64,000 nucleotides of DNA from Kiritimatiellia bacterium (GTDB lineage: Bacteria > Verrucomicrobiota > Kiritimatiellia > RFP12 > UBA1067): assembly GCA_017962315.1 (NCBI GenBank), contig JAGCVN010000096.1, positions 199-64,198 of the forward strand, in the 5' to 3' direction. The translations under genes were made by a program, and so were the position numbers. Of this stretch, positions 1 to 7,876 are shown one piece after another; position 1 is the stretch's first letter; each line of letters begins with the position of its first letter. The notes beneath the pieces are model-generated. The model searched no databases. It was given only the letters and a program-made list of their open reading frames with translations, and was not told where the DNA came from.

Positions 1-233
1 AAAAGCCGGTGGCGTTGTACAGATGGCTTCTGGACTGGTACGGTCCCGGAAACCGCGAGGACGAGCTGTTCCGCGCTACGGTGTTCGACCCGTTCGCCGG
101 GAGCGGATCGCTTGGTGTGGCGTGCAAGGAGAGAGGCTACGACTACGTAGGCTGCGAGGTGAGCAAGGTGTTCTTCGACGCGGCATGCGAGCGTCTTGGG
201 ATCGAAGACGGGGAAGGAGGCAATGATGCCTAG
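1..233 (+). CDS. DNA methyltransferase (N6-adenine/N4-cytosine class), C-terminal fragment; 5' end outside window
   Basis: The frame is open from nt 3. The translation KPVALYRWLL...FDPFAGSGSLGVACKERGYDYVGCE carries the FxGxG SAM-binding motif. It is a clear paralog of the C-terminus of the 7208-7876 MTase. Confidence 0.75.
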   Translation, partial: KPVALYRWLLDWYGPGNREDELFRATVFDPFAGSGSLGVACKERGYDYVGCEVSKVFFDAACERLGIEDGEGGNDA

Positions 234-480
234 GAAGACTGGTCACTGGTGCGTGATCGAGCGAGACTACATGACTTGCTCAGAGTGCGGAGGATTCGTA
301 TACACCGGCATAGAGACGACATCGAAGGCCTTGGAGAGGCTGAAGACGTTTCACATGGATTGGCGATACTGCCCGTTCTGCGGTGTTGGCATGAAAGAAA
401 AAGAGAAAGGGAAAGGCAATGGAAAAAGAAAAAAGGAAAGACGCGTCGCCTCAGCCAGGCAACACAAAGGCGTTGCGTGA
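223..480 (+). CDS. small zinc-ribbon protein, phage, function unknown
   Basis: ATG at 223 is preceded by GGAAGGAGG and overlaps the upstream stop. Two CxxC pairs are present (CSEC...CPFC), followed by a Lys-rich tail. Confidence 0.45.
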   Translation: MMPRKTGHWCVIERDYMTCSECGGFVYTGIETTSKALERLKTFHMDWRYCPFCGVGMKEKEKGKGNGKRKKERRVASARQHKGVA

Positions 481-727
481 CGCATTGTCGGCAGCCCGGC
501 ATAGGGTCGTGGAGACCAGGGGTTACTACGACGCCGAATGCGACAATGACGACTACGAGGCCCTCCTGAAGCAGATTGACGACGCGCTTGCGGCGCCGCA
601 GAGAAACTGCGACGTGGGGACGGTGGCCGTGTATGAGGTGCTGGTTGCTCCAGCCGCCAAGGTCCGTGGCGTGGCGGGAAAAACGAGGGCTGACAGGACG
701 CTACATCTGCGACAGGTGCGCGGATGA
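419..727 (+). CDS. hypothetical phage protein with RNCDVGT motif (possible frame problem, see findings)
   Basis: 102-aa ORF. The motif PQRNCDVGT is shared with the 3726-4247 ORF. The C-terminal third is low-complexity and overlaps another plausible frame. Confidence 0.3.
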   Translation: MEKEKRKDASPQPGNTKALRDALSAARHRVVETRGYYDAECDNDDYEALLKQIDDALAAPQRNCDVGTVAVYEVLVAPAAKVRGVAGKTRADRTLHLRQVRG

Positions 728-751
728 GCTAAGAAGGGTAGGAGACGTGGA

Positions 752-1477
752 ATGAGCGACCTAATCCAATGGCCGATGGCCAGGTACTGGGACAAGCCGT
801 GGAACCCGTGGCTGGGGTGCAGGCCCGTGTCCCCGGCATGCGACAACTGCTATGCACGGCGCGCAACCGTCGAAAGATTCGGGCAGTGCTTCGAGCCGCA
901 CAGGACGAAGCGGTACAACAATCCTCCGACGAAGGGGGTCGTGTTCTGCGGGAATATGACCGACCTGTTCGGGGAGTGGGTATCCAACAACGAGCTGTCC
1001 AACATCATCGGCGCGACAAGCCTCACGGCGGTCAACCTGTTCCTGACGAAGCGGACGGAGCGTCTTGAAATCGCGTCGCACTGGGACGACCGGTACGGCA
1101 GCAGGTGGTTCGGGATGACGGCCGAGAACCAGGAGTGGTACGACCGCCGCATAGATGGTTTCCGCGCATCCGCGTTTAGCCACGGCTGGCTGTCCGCCGA
1201 GCCGCTCCTAGGGCCGATAGACCTGGGACTTGGCTACATCGCGCCGGAGGATATTCCGTTCGGATGGGTCGCAGTTGGCTGCGAGAGCGGCCCCGAACGC
1301 CGCCCCTGCAAGCTGGAGTGGGTCGAGTCCATCGTTAGACAGTGCGGGGATGCTCGCATCCCCGTGTTCGTCAAGCAGCTCGACATCGGCGGCAAGTGCG
1401 AGCTCGACATAAAGAATTTCCCGAAGCACCTGCAAATCCGCCAGGTGCCGTGGGCGAAGAAAGGAGAGGTAAAGTGA
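752..1477 (+). CDS. phage Gp37/Gp68 family protein (DUF5131-like)
   Basis: The N-terminus IQWPMARYWDKPWNPWLGCRPVSPACDNCYA is the characteristic start of this family, including its three-Cys cluster. The ATGA/TGATG overlaps with neighbours indicate operon coupling. Confidence 0.7.
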   Translation: MSDLIQWPMARYWDKPWNPWLGCRPVSPACDNCYARRATVERFGQCFEPHRTKRYNNPPTKGVVFCGNMTDLFGEWVSNNELSNIIGATSLTAVNLFLTKRTERLEIASHWDDRYGSRWFGMTAENQEWYDRRIDGFRASAFSHGWLSAEPLLGPIDLGLGYIAPEDIPFGWVAVGCESGPERRPCKLEWVESIVRQCGDARIPVFVKQLDIGGKCELDIKNFPKHLQIRQVPWAKKGEVK

Positions 1478-2025
1478 TGGAACGGAAAGACATCGACGAA
1501 ACGACCCAACTGCTAAAGTTGTCCGGAATCAACGATCAGCAGCTAAATATGCTAAACGAGATTGGCTACTTTAGGCAACCCGCAAGTAAAAGATTCCACC
1601 TCAACGAGCGCGGCGGGCTTGCCGCCCACAGCGTGAACGTGACGCGTCGCCTCGTCGGGCTGACGGACAGCCTCGGCGTAACGTGGCCGCGTTCCGAATC
1701 GCCGTACCTCGTCGGGATGCTGCACGACCTGGTGAAGTGCCGGTGCTACAAGTTCGTCAAGGAGGTCGACGGACGCCCGACATGGAGCTACATCCAGCCG
1801 ATCTATCCCGGACACGGCGCGTGTTCCGCCGCAATCGCCGCAGAAATCGGAATCCAGCTCTTGCGTGACGAGATCGTTGCTATCACGTTCCACATGGGAA
1901 TGTTCGGCGTCGATCGGAAAGAGTATTCGATGGAAGAGTTTAGTGCCGCGCTTCAATATCACGGTGCGCAGGTAATCGCCACGCACACGGCAGACTGGTA
2001 CGCCGCCCGTGTCGATGAAGTCTAA
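1477..2025 (+). CDS. HD-domain phosphohydrolase-like phage protein
   Basis: ATG at 1477 overlaps the upstream TGA. The sequence has the H...HD pattern (AAHSVNV ... GMLHDLVK) and a later FHMG. Confidence 0.5.
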   Translation: MERKDIDETTQLLKLSGINDQQLNMLNEIGYFRQPASKRFHLNERGGLAAHSVNVTRRLVGLTDSLGVTWPRSESPYLVGMLHDLVKCRCYKFVKEVDGRPTWSYIQPIYPGHGACSAAIAAEIGIQLLRDEIVAITFHMGMFGVDRKEYSMEEFSAALQYHGAQVIATHTADWYAARVDEV

Positions 2026-2070
2026 TGTTTTCTCCGGCATGGTGCCGGAGGACAAACAAGGAGTAAATCA

Positions 2071-2550
2071 ATGAAGAAGTACATTCGATGCCACCTCGTC
2101 GAGGCGATGCCGATGACGCGAGGCGCGTACAACAAGAAGCGCGGCTGGGAGGTTCCGGCCGACGAGAACCCGAAGGACAAGGGCTATCTGGTGAAGTATC
2201 CGGACGGCTACGTTTCGTGGTGCCCCAAGGCGCAGTTCGAGAAGCAGGGATTCCAGCTTGAGGACGGCACGAGGATCACGGAGGGCGACGTGGAGCGTTT
2301 TTGCGCCATGGGCCGCCACGGAGTCAAGACGATTGAATCTATCAGCGGCAAGCCCGTCACCGTCCTGGAGCGCGACTACCCGACCGGATTCACGGCGATC
2401 GACACGTCTACATGCGTTGACGCGAAGAACTACTCTCCGGCTATCGGTGCCGAGACGTGCGCCAAGCGGCTCAACGTCACGCTGTGGCAGAACCTCGGCT
2501 TCATGCTCCAGTGGGCAATCAACGGCCTCACGAAGAAAGGCGGCAAGTGA
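2071..2550 (+). CDS. phage protein resembling N4 Gp49 / Sf6 gp66 family
   Basis: GYLVKYPDGYVSWCPKAQFE and TCVDAKNYSPAIGAETCAKRLNVTLWQNLGFMLQWA resemble the conserved blocks of that family. This call is from memory of the family pattern only. Confidence 0.4.
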   Translation: MKKYIRCHLVEAMPMTRGAYNKKRGWEVPADENPKDKGYLVKYPDGYVSWCPKAQFEKQGFQLEDGTRITEGDVERFCAMGRHGVKTIESISGKPVTVLERDYPTGFTAIDTSTCVDAKNYSPAIGAETCAKRLNVTLWQNLGFMLQWAINGLTKKGGK

Positions 2551-2837
2551 TGGGCGACACTCTCACATTCGGACAGGCGATTGACGCGTGCCGCTACAGG
2601 GGCGCGAAGATTCAGCGCAAGAACTGGAACGGACAAGGCCAGTATGTCGAGTTCCGTCATGTTGCCACGCTTTTGGAAGACGAGAGCGATGCCATAATCG
2701 AAGATGGCAACGAGCGCGATTGCTTCGCGTTTGTTGCCATCTTCGTGAACCGTAAGACTGGCGAGACCGGCATTCAGGTCGGCTGGCTTGCGTCACAGGC
2801 GGACATGGCCGCGAACGACTGGGTAATCGTCGAGTAA
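2550..2837 (+). CDS. DUF2829-family protein (Tad2-like fold)
   Basis: 95 aa, with the ATG overlapping the upstream TGA. It starts LTFGQAIDACRYRGAKIQRKNWNGQGQYV and ends VGWLASQADMAANDWVIVE. Both match the DUF2829 hallmark blocks (FGeAl..G.k..R.gWNG.g.y and W.pSQ.DllA.DW.i). Confidence 0.65.
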   Translation: MGDTLTFGQAIDACRYRGAKIQRKNWNGQGQYVEFRHVATLLEDESDAIIEDGNERDCFAFVAIFVNRKTGETGIQVGWLASQADMAANDWVIVE

Positions 2838-2845
2838 TCACCCCC

Positions 2846-2879
2846 GCCCTGCCGTCGTGTCCTAGCGCGGCGGCAGGGC
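2846..2879 (+). terminator. GC-rich hairpin after the DUF2829 gene (no U-tract)
   Basis: GCCCTGCCG (2846-2854) pairs perfectly with CGGCAGGGC (2871-2879) around a 16-nt loop (2855-2870). It lies in the only sizeable gap of this phage gene block. Confidence 0.25.
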
Positions 2880-2895
2880 ATTACGGAGCAGAAAA

Positions 2896-3153
2896 ATGAA
2901 AATGAACATCTTGGCTCTTTTCGTGAGTCTGACGGCTTCGGTCATTGGCTTCATCGTAGGAAACACCTCCGCTGGGTTTGCGTGGGCGGCATGCTGTTGT
3001 TGGATTATCGCATTGATGTCCTGTGAGTACAGACACAAGAAGGACGAAGAGGCGCAGATCGAGTTGCTTCGTGACAAAGCGTTCATTATCAACCTTGCGC
3101 TTGTCATGGAAGAAAAGCAGAAAGAATCAACGCAAGATGACAATCACGACTAA
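2896..3153 (+). CDS. small membrane protein (two predicted TM segments)
   Basis: 85 aa. Hydrophobic stretches ILALFVSLTASVIGFIV and WAACCCWIIALM are followed by a charged tail. Confidence 0.4.
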   Translation: MKMNILALFVSLTASVIGFIVGNTSAGFAWAACCCWIIALMSCEYRHKKDEEAQIELLRDKAFIINLALVMEEKQKESTQDDNHD

Positions 3154-3742
3154 AATCTCCATCGGCGACATCGTTCTGCTCTTCTCCGACCCCAAGTGGA
3201 AGACGGTATGCACCGCCATCACAATCCGCGCGTCTGGGCAGATTGAATATCTGCTTGAATGGGTGACGGAGGGTAAGTTGAAGGAGGAATGGATTACGGC
3301 CGAACGCCTGGAATGTCTTTCAAAAATCTTTTCCCCCGGAAACCCAACAGGGATTCCAACAAGGACTAAACCTATGAACATCGAGAAAATCCAAGAACAC
3401 TACGACCACGCGAGAGAGAAGCATCCTTCTTTCTGTGACAGGCTTCTTCCGGAGGAAGATCCCGCCGTCACCCTCTCGTTGAAGGACACAATCAAGTTGC
3501 TCCTTGACACCTATCGTCGCCATGTTGAAGTTGGCACACATAACGGCAGTCTCTTGTGGAACGACATTTTGGACTGCGAGAAGTTTGAAGTGATCGAAGC
3601 CATTGCGAACGGCGACACGGAAGCCGCCGTTGAGGAATGCTACGATTCCATCGCCGTCCTCCTGCGCGTGATCGACGTGCTGGAGGGCCGTCAGCCGCTC
3701 GGCAAGCCAAAGGAAGGAGCAAGCAATGGAAAGTCTGAGTGA
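3137..3742 (+). CDS. hypothetical phage protein (C-terminal all-alpha domain, weak MazG-like flavour)
   Basis: ATG at 3137 overlaps the previous ORF. The C-terminal half (EKHPSF...FEVIEAIANGDTEAAVEECYDSIAVLLRVID) has acidic helix motifs. The functional call is weak. Confidence 0.4.
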   Translation: MTITTKISIGDIVLLFSDPKWKTVCTAITIRASGQIEYLLEWVTEGKLKEEWITAERLECLSKIFSPGNPTGIPTRTKPMNIEKIQEHYDHAREKHPSFCDRLLPEEDPAVTLSLKDTIKLLLDTYRRHVEVGTHNGSLLWNDILDCEKFEVIEAIANGDTEAAVEECYDSIAVLLRVIDVLEGRQPLGKPKEGASNGKSE

Positions 3743-4247
3743 CATCGAGACGGAGCTTCGCACCCTGTCGCAAAGCTCGAAGTATTGCGAATTGCAACCA
3801 ACTGTATCCGGGAAGCCGATCAGCTTTTACTTCGCCGAGATTGCTGACCGAATAAAAGCGGCGGCGCCAACTACTGAAAAATCGTCGGCAGTTGGCAACG
3901 CTGTGGCGACGCGCGAGGCGTTGGTGCAATGCGAACTGTTCCTCGGCAATGTGTCAAGGCATGGGCATCCGACGTTATGCCACGGCGACCAAAGCACGGC
4001 TTGCAACGGCGTAGATGAATTGAGGGGAGTGGTCGTCCGCGCTCTCTCTGAACCGCCGCGCAACTGCGACGTGGGAACGGCGGAGGAGCAGGCGGAACGG
4101 TTCTATAAGTTCTGCACTGAACACTTCAGTGCAATAAGTAATATGTGTAGCCCTAGATGCCCGTGCTTCGACAGCGACGACCAATGCCATTGCCTGTGCA
4201 AGTGGGAGCAGATGCCCTACGAGGCGGAGGAAGGAGGCGCGCAATGA
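3726..4247 (+). CDS. hypothetical Cys-rich phage protein with RNCDVGT motif
   Basis: 173 aa. PPRNCDVGTAEEQAERFYKFC is followed by CSPRCPCFDSDDQCHCLC. Starts and stops overlap on both sides. Confidence 0.45.
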   Translation: MESLSDIETELRTLSQSSKYCELQPTVSGKPISFYFAEIADRIKAAAPTTEKSSAVGNAVATREALVQCELFLGNVSRHGHPTLCHGDQSTACNGVDELRGVVVRALSEPPRNCDVGTAEEQAERFYKFCTEHFSAISNMCSPRCPCFDSDDQCHCLCKWEQMPYEAEEGGAQ

Positions 4248-4435
4248 TTTCGGCAATTGGCTTCTCTGAAGTAATGGCGTCGTTAGGCAGTATGGCGATT
4301 ATCTTTTTGTGTGCCTGTGTGGTCGCTTGGTTTGGCTACTGCATTTCGTCTATTGCACGGACGGCTGACGCACTTGAACGGATTGCCGATAAACTCGAAG
4401 ATGAAGACGCCGAAGAGGAAGGTGGCGCGAAGTGA
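4244..4435 (+). CDS. small single-TM protein with acidic tail
   Basis: ATG at 4244 overlaps the upstream TGA. A TM stretch LGSMAIIFLCACVVAWFGYCI is followed by the EDEDAEEE tail. Confidence 0.4.
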   Translation: MISAIGFSEVMASLGSMAIIFLCACVVAWFGYCISSIARTADALERIADKLEDEDAEEEGGAK

Positions 4436-4560
4436 TGAACTTGGAACTCTACGAATTGACATGGGTTACCATGTCCGTCGGGCTGTCGCTTATTATCGGT
4501 TTCGTGGCGTTTGTCGTAATGATGAACGGCAAAAACAAGGATGACAAAAACAATGAATAG
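4435..4560 (+). CDS. 41-aa single-TM peptide (below ORF-track cutoff)
   Basis: Own translation: MNLELYELTWVTMSVGLSLIIGFVAFVVMMNGKNKDDKNNE. Its ATG overlaps the upstream TGA (TGATG). Confidence 0.25.
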   Translation: MNLELYELTWVTMSVGLSLIIGFVAFVVMMNGKNKDDKNNE

Positions 4561-4870
4561 AAAGACAATCTACATCGCCGGCCCCATGGCCGGACTGCCT
4601 TACAACAACTATAATGCGTTCTACGCCGCAGAAAAGAAACTTAGTCAAGAGGGGTGGTTTGTCATCAATCCGTCAGACTTCGACTTTGTGTTTGGCGGCG
4701 ACATCGAAGGAAAACTTCTCGATGCCTGCTGCGAAGCCGAACGTGCCGTCATCCCTCACCTCGACGCGATCTATCTTCTCAAAGGCTGGGAGAAGTCGAA
4801 CGGCGCGAAGCGCGAGCTTGAGGTCGCCCTGAAGCACAACCTGATGGTAATTGTGGAGAAACAGGCATGA
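4553..4870 (+). CDS. DUF4406 / nucleoside 2-deoxyribosyltransferase-like protein
   Basis: MNRKTIYIAGPMAGLPYNNYNAFYAAEKKL...DAIYLLKGWEKSNGAKRELEVA is the typical DUF4406 pattern. An alternative start lies at 4541. Confidence 0.65.
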   Translation: MNRKTIYIAGPMAGLPYNNYNAFYAAEKKLSQEGWFVINPSDFDFVFGGDIEGKLLDACCEAERAVIPHLDAIYLLKGWEKSNGAKRELEVALKHNLMVIVEKQA

Positions 4871-6531
4871 TCGTCTTTGTCGATCTCTACTGCGGATGCG
4901 GCGGATTCACGACCGGAGCACACGAAGCGTTCCACGAACTCGGCTTGCCGTATCGTGAAATCGCGATCAACCATTGGCTGCGGGCAATCGAGACCATGCG
5001 AGCAAACCACCCGGATGTGCTGGCCCTGAAGATGGACATTGAAGCCGCAACGTCCAAGGACATAGGCGTGAAGGTAATCGACCTTCTCCACGCCTCGCCG
5101 TCCTGTACGCACTTTTCCCGCGCCAAGGGCGATAAGCCGCGTGACGACCAGCTCCGCTCGCAGCCGAACGAGATATGGAAGTTCGTTGACAACATCCATG
5201 TCCGCCGCATTACGATTGAGAACGTGCCGGAGTTTGTCAACTGGGGTCCGCTCACCACAGACGGACGGCCGATCAAGCGGAAGATGGGAGACTGCTTCCG
5301 CGCGTGGCTCCAGCAGTTCACCGCGCGCGGCTACACCTACGAATGGCGAATCCTAAACTGCGCTGACTACGGCGACGCCACTTCACGCAAGCGCTTCTTC
5401 CTTCAGGCAGTCAAGCACGGATGCGGGAAAATCAAGTGGCCGGAGCCTACGCACGAAGAAAACCCGCAGCCCGACCTTTTCGGGCGTAACCTGAGGCCGT
5501 GGCGCGGCGTCTGCGAATGCCTCGACTATTCAGACACTGGCCGTTCCATCTTCGGACGGAAGAACCCGCTCGCCAAGAACACCCTGTGCCGCATAGCCGT
5601 TGGATTGCGGAAGTATTGCGGCATCGACTTTCAGGTCGATATGCTCGGCGCGGGAGGGGACGACGAGTCGCGCGTTCTTCCGCTTTCGGCCCCGCTCCGG
5701 ACGCAGCACACGTCCAACCGCACGATGGTGGTGCGCCCGTTCCTCGTGAAGCTCAACAACCACGCCACGGTCGAGGACACCAAAGACCCGCTCACGACCG
5801 TCACAACGTCCGGCAACCACCACGCGCTCTGCCAGCCGTTCATTGTCCGCCTGCGCAACAACCAGGATTGCGCCGACATCGGCAAGCCCCTGTCCGCGAT
5901 CTCCTGTTCCGGTGCGCACCATGAACTTTGCACGCCCATCATCATCGAACACATGAACAACGGACGCGCTCGATCCGTAAAGGAACCTATCGGCGTTCAG
6001 ACCACGCACGACCGTTTCAGTATGGTGACGCCGTATCTCATAACGGAGCAAACGAACAACGCGCCGCGAGGGATAGACAAGCCGCTCCGGGCGCAGACGA
6101 CGGTGCGCAAAGACTACCTCTGCACCCCGCTCGTTTTGTGGCAACAGGGCGGCGCGGCTTGCCGACCGATTGACAAGCCATGCCCTACCATAGCGACGAA
6201 GGGAGCAATATGCATCGCGACTCCCATGATCATAGACATGTCCAGGCCGGGAGGCAGGGACAGCGGACATGTGAGGAGCGCTGACGAGCCGATCCAGACC
6301 ATAACGTCGTGCGACGCGATACAGCTGGGCTTGCCCATGCTGGAGGACGGGCGGCTGCTCGACATCCGCATCCGCATGCTGAAGCCGTCGGAGCTTGCCG
6401 CCGCGCACTCCTTCCCAAGGGGCTACAAGCTCTCCGGCTCCCGCGCCGACCAGGTGAAGCAGATCGGCAACTCAATCCCCGTCCAGACGGCAAAGGCCAT
6501 CGTCAAGGCGATATTCGGCAAGGAGCAGTGA
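4867..6531 (+). CDS. DNA (cytosine-5)-methyltransferase with an expanded tandem-repeat region
   Basis: Motif I is VDLYCGCGGFTTG, motif IV is ASPSCTHFS, motif VI is ENVPEF, motif VIII is SRKRFFL and motif X is QIGNSIPV. About 210 aa of ~33-aa tandem repeats lie between motifs VIII and X. Confidence 0.85.
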   Translation: MIVFVDLYCGCGGFTTGAHEAFHELGLPYREIAINHWLRAIETMRANHPDVLALKMDIEAATSKDIGVKVIDLLHASPSCTHFSRAKGDKPRDDQLRSQPNEIWKFVDNIHVRRITIENVPEFVNWGPLTTDGRPIKRKMGDCFRAWLQQFTARGYTYEWRILNCADYGDATSRKRFFLQAVKHGCGKIKWPEPTHEENPQPDLFGRNLRPWRGVCECLDYSDTGRSIFGRKNPLAKNTLCRIAVGLRKYCGIDFQVDMLGAGGDDESRVLPLSAPLRTQHTSNRTMVVRPFLVKLNNHATVEDTKDPLTTVTTSGNHHALCQPFIVRLRNNQDCADIGKPLSAISCSGAHHELCTPIIIEHMNNGRARSVKEPIGVQTTHDRFSMVTPYLITEQTNNAPRGIDKPLRAQTTVRKDYLCTPLVLWQQGGAACRPIDKPCPTIATKGAICIATPMIIDMSRPGGRDSGHVRSADEPIQTITSCDAIQLGLPMLEDGRLLDIRIRMLKPSELAAAHSFPRGYKLSGSRADQVKQIGNSIPVQTAKAIVKAIFGKEQ

Positions 6532-6543
6532 TGTACGCAGACG

Positions 6544-6768
6544 ATGAAGAGTATTATCGAAAGGAATAGCGGTATGAGCAAGTTCCGCAAACTTGCCGTC
6601 GAGAACGCCCGACTAAAGAAGGAAATGGACGAGGCGGCAAGATTCGTCAACGACTTTCTTCAAGAAACTTCAACCAACTACAAAGCCCACAACTGGCTGA
6701 TAAGGAACGGCTACAAGGACGAATCTTATCAAGAGTCGGTTTACGGACAGGAGATTTACGAACCATGA
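6544..6768 (+). CDS. hypothetical phage protein (coiled-coil-like)
   Basis: 74-aa ORF in the co-oriented block. No recognisable motif. The start could be at 6574. Confidence 0.35.
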   Translation: MKSIIERNSGMSKFRKLAVENARLKKEMDEAARFVNDFLQETSTNYKAHNWLIRNGYKDESYQESVYGQEIYEP

Positions 6769-7211
6769 ACATCGCACCATACGAAAACCTCACACCGGAA
6801 GAGCGCGAACAGAAAGTCACGCTCCGCTGCATCCCCAGGAGCGTCCACCGAATCGGAATGCACATGAAGGTGTTTCACGACAATTACGGCGGACTGTTCC
6901 CGAACCGCATACTCATGTCGGAATCGTTCGCGCGGGAGCTTGCATACGATCTCGTTCAGAGCATCGACGGCAATATCCGCTTCAACGGCCAGCCCATCGT
7001 GAGGCCCGACACCTACATCTTCAACATGCGCGTCCACATCGTGCCGGACGAATATCTGCCTATCCCGTTCGAGGTGTCATGCGGCATGGAAATGATCTTG
7101 CCAACAGACATGGCCTACATCGAGCGCCGCCGGAGGCGTCTTGCGGAATACTACTCCAGCAAGTACGCCTCAATCGACTTCGCAAACCACATCGCGCTGC
7201 CAACGTTATGA
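6765..7211 (+). CDS. hypothetical phage protein
   Basis: 148-aa ORF with ATGA-type overlaps to both neighbours. No recognisable motif. Confidence 0.4.
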   Translation: MNIAPYENLTPEEREQKVTLRCIPRSVHRIGMHMKVFHDNYGGLFPNRILMSESFARELAYDLVQSIDGNIRFNGQPIVRPDTYIFNMRVHIVPDEYLPIPFEVSCGMEMILPTDMAYIERRRRRLAEYYSSKYASIDFANHIALPTL

Positions 7212-7876
7212 CGATAGACCTGCACAACACCGATTGCGAGAAATTCATGGCGACGCTTCCGATGGGTCACTTCGACCTGACGATCGCCGATCCGCCTTAC
7301 GGCATAGGCCGCGACTGGGAGCGGCGCAACAAGGCGAGCCGGCGTTTCTCGGAAACCTACGACAACACGGAACGCCCGTCTCCTGAAGTGTTCGACGAGA
7401 TCATCCGCGTGTCGAAGCATTGGATCGTCTGGGGCTGGAACTACTTCACCGACATCCTCCCGCCCACAAACTACCTCGTCGTCTGGGACAAGATGAGCAA
7501 CTGCAACCAGACGTTCCGCTACTCGAAGGCCGAAATCGCGGGGACGGACATAAAGATCCCGTGCAACCTCGTCTCCATCCCGTGGGACGGCTACCGCATG
7601 GGCGAAGAGACCGGCAAGAAAAAGATACACCCCCACCAGAAGCCCGTCGCGCTCTACCGCTGGCTTCTCGAGACATACGGGCGGCGGGCGCGGCGCATCT
7701 TCGACCCGTTCGCCGGTTCCGGAAGCCTCGCCGTCGCGTGCAGGCAGACGGGCAAGGACTATGTAGGCTGCGAGATCGACCCGGCTTTCTACAAGGCGGC
7801 CCACTCCCGCATATTCGACACCCCTCCGCCGCAGCCGCTTGAAGAGTTCCTGCCGCTCATGCCGAAAGGGGACTGA
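7208..7876 (+). CDS. DNA methyltransferase, DPPY class (N6-adenine or N4-cytosine)
   Basis: ATG at 7208 overlaps the upstream TGA. Motifs are DLTIADPPYGIG, HPHQKPVALYRWLL and FDPFAGSGSLAVAC. Confidence 0.85.
   Translation: MTIDLHNTDCEKFMATLPMGHFDLTIADPPYGIGRDWERRNKASRRFSETYDNTERPSPEVFDEIIRVSKHWIVWGWNYFTDILPPTNYLVVWDKMSNCNQTFRYSKAEIAGTDIKIPCNLVSIPWDGYRMGEETGKKKIHPHQKPVALYRWLLETYGRRARRIFDPFAGSGSLAVACRQTGKDYVGCEIDPAFYKAAHSRIFDTPPPQPLEEFLPLMPKGD

Noticed and set aside
419-480. Purine-rich AAAGAAAAAGAGAAAGGGAAAGG tract as a programmed slippery site joining ORFs 223-480 and 419-727
   Set aside because: There is no canonical X-XXY-YYZ heptamer or downstream structure. A simple overlap of two small phage genes is more parsimonious.
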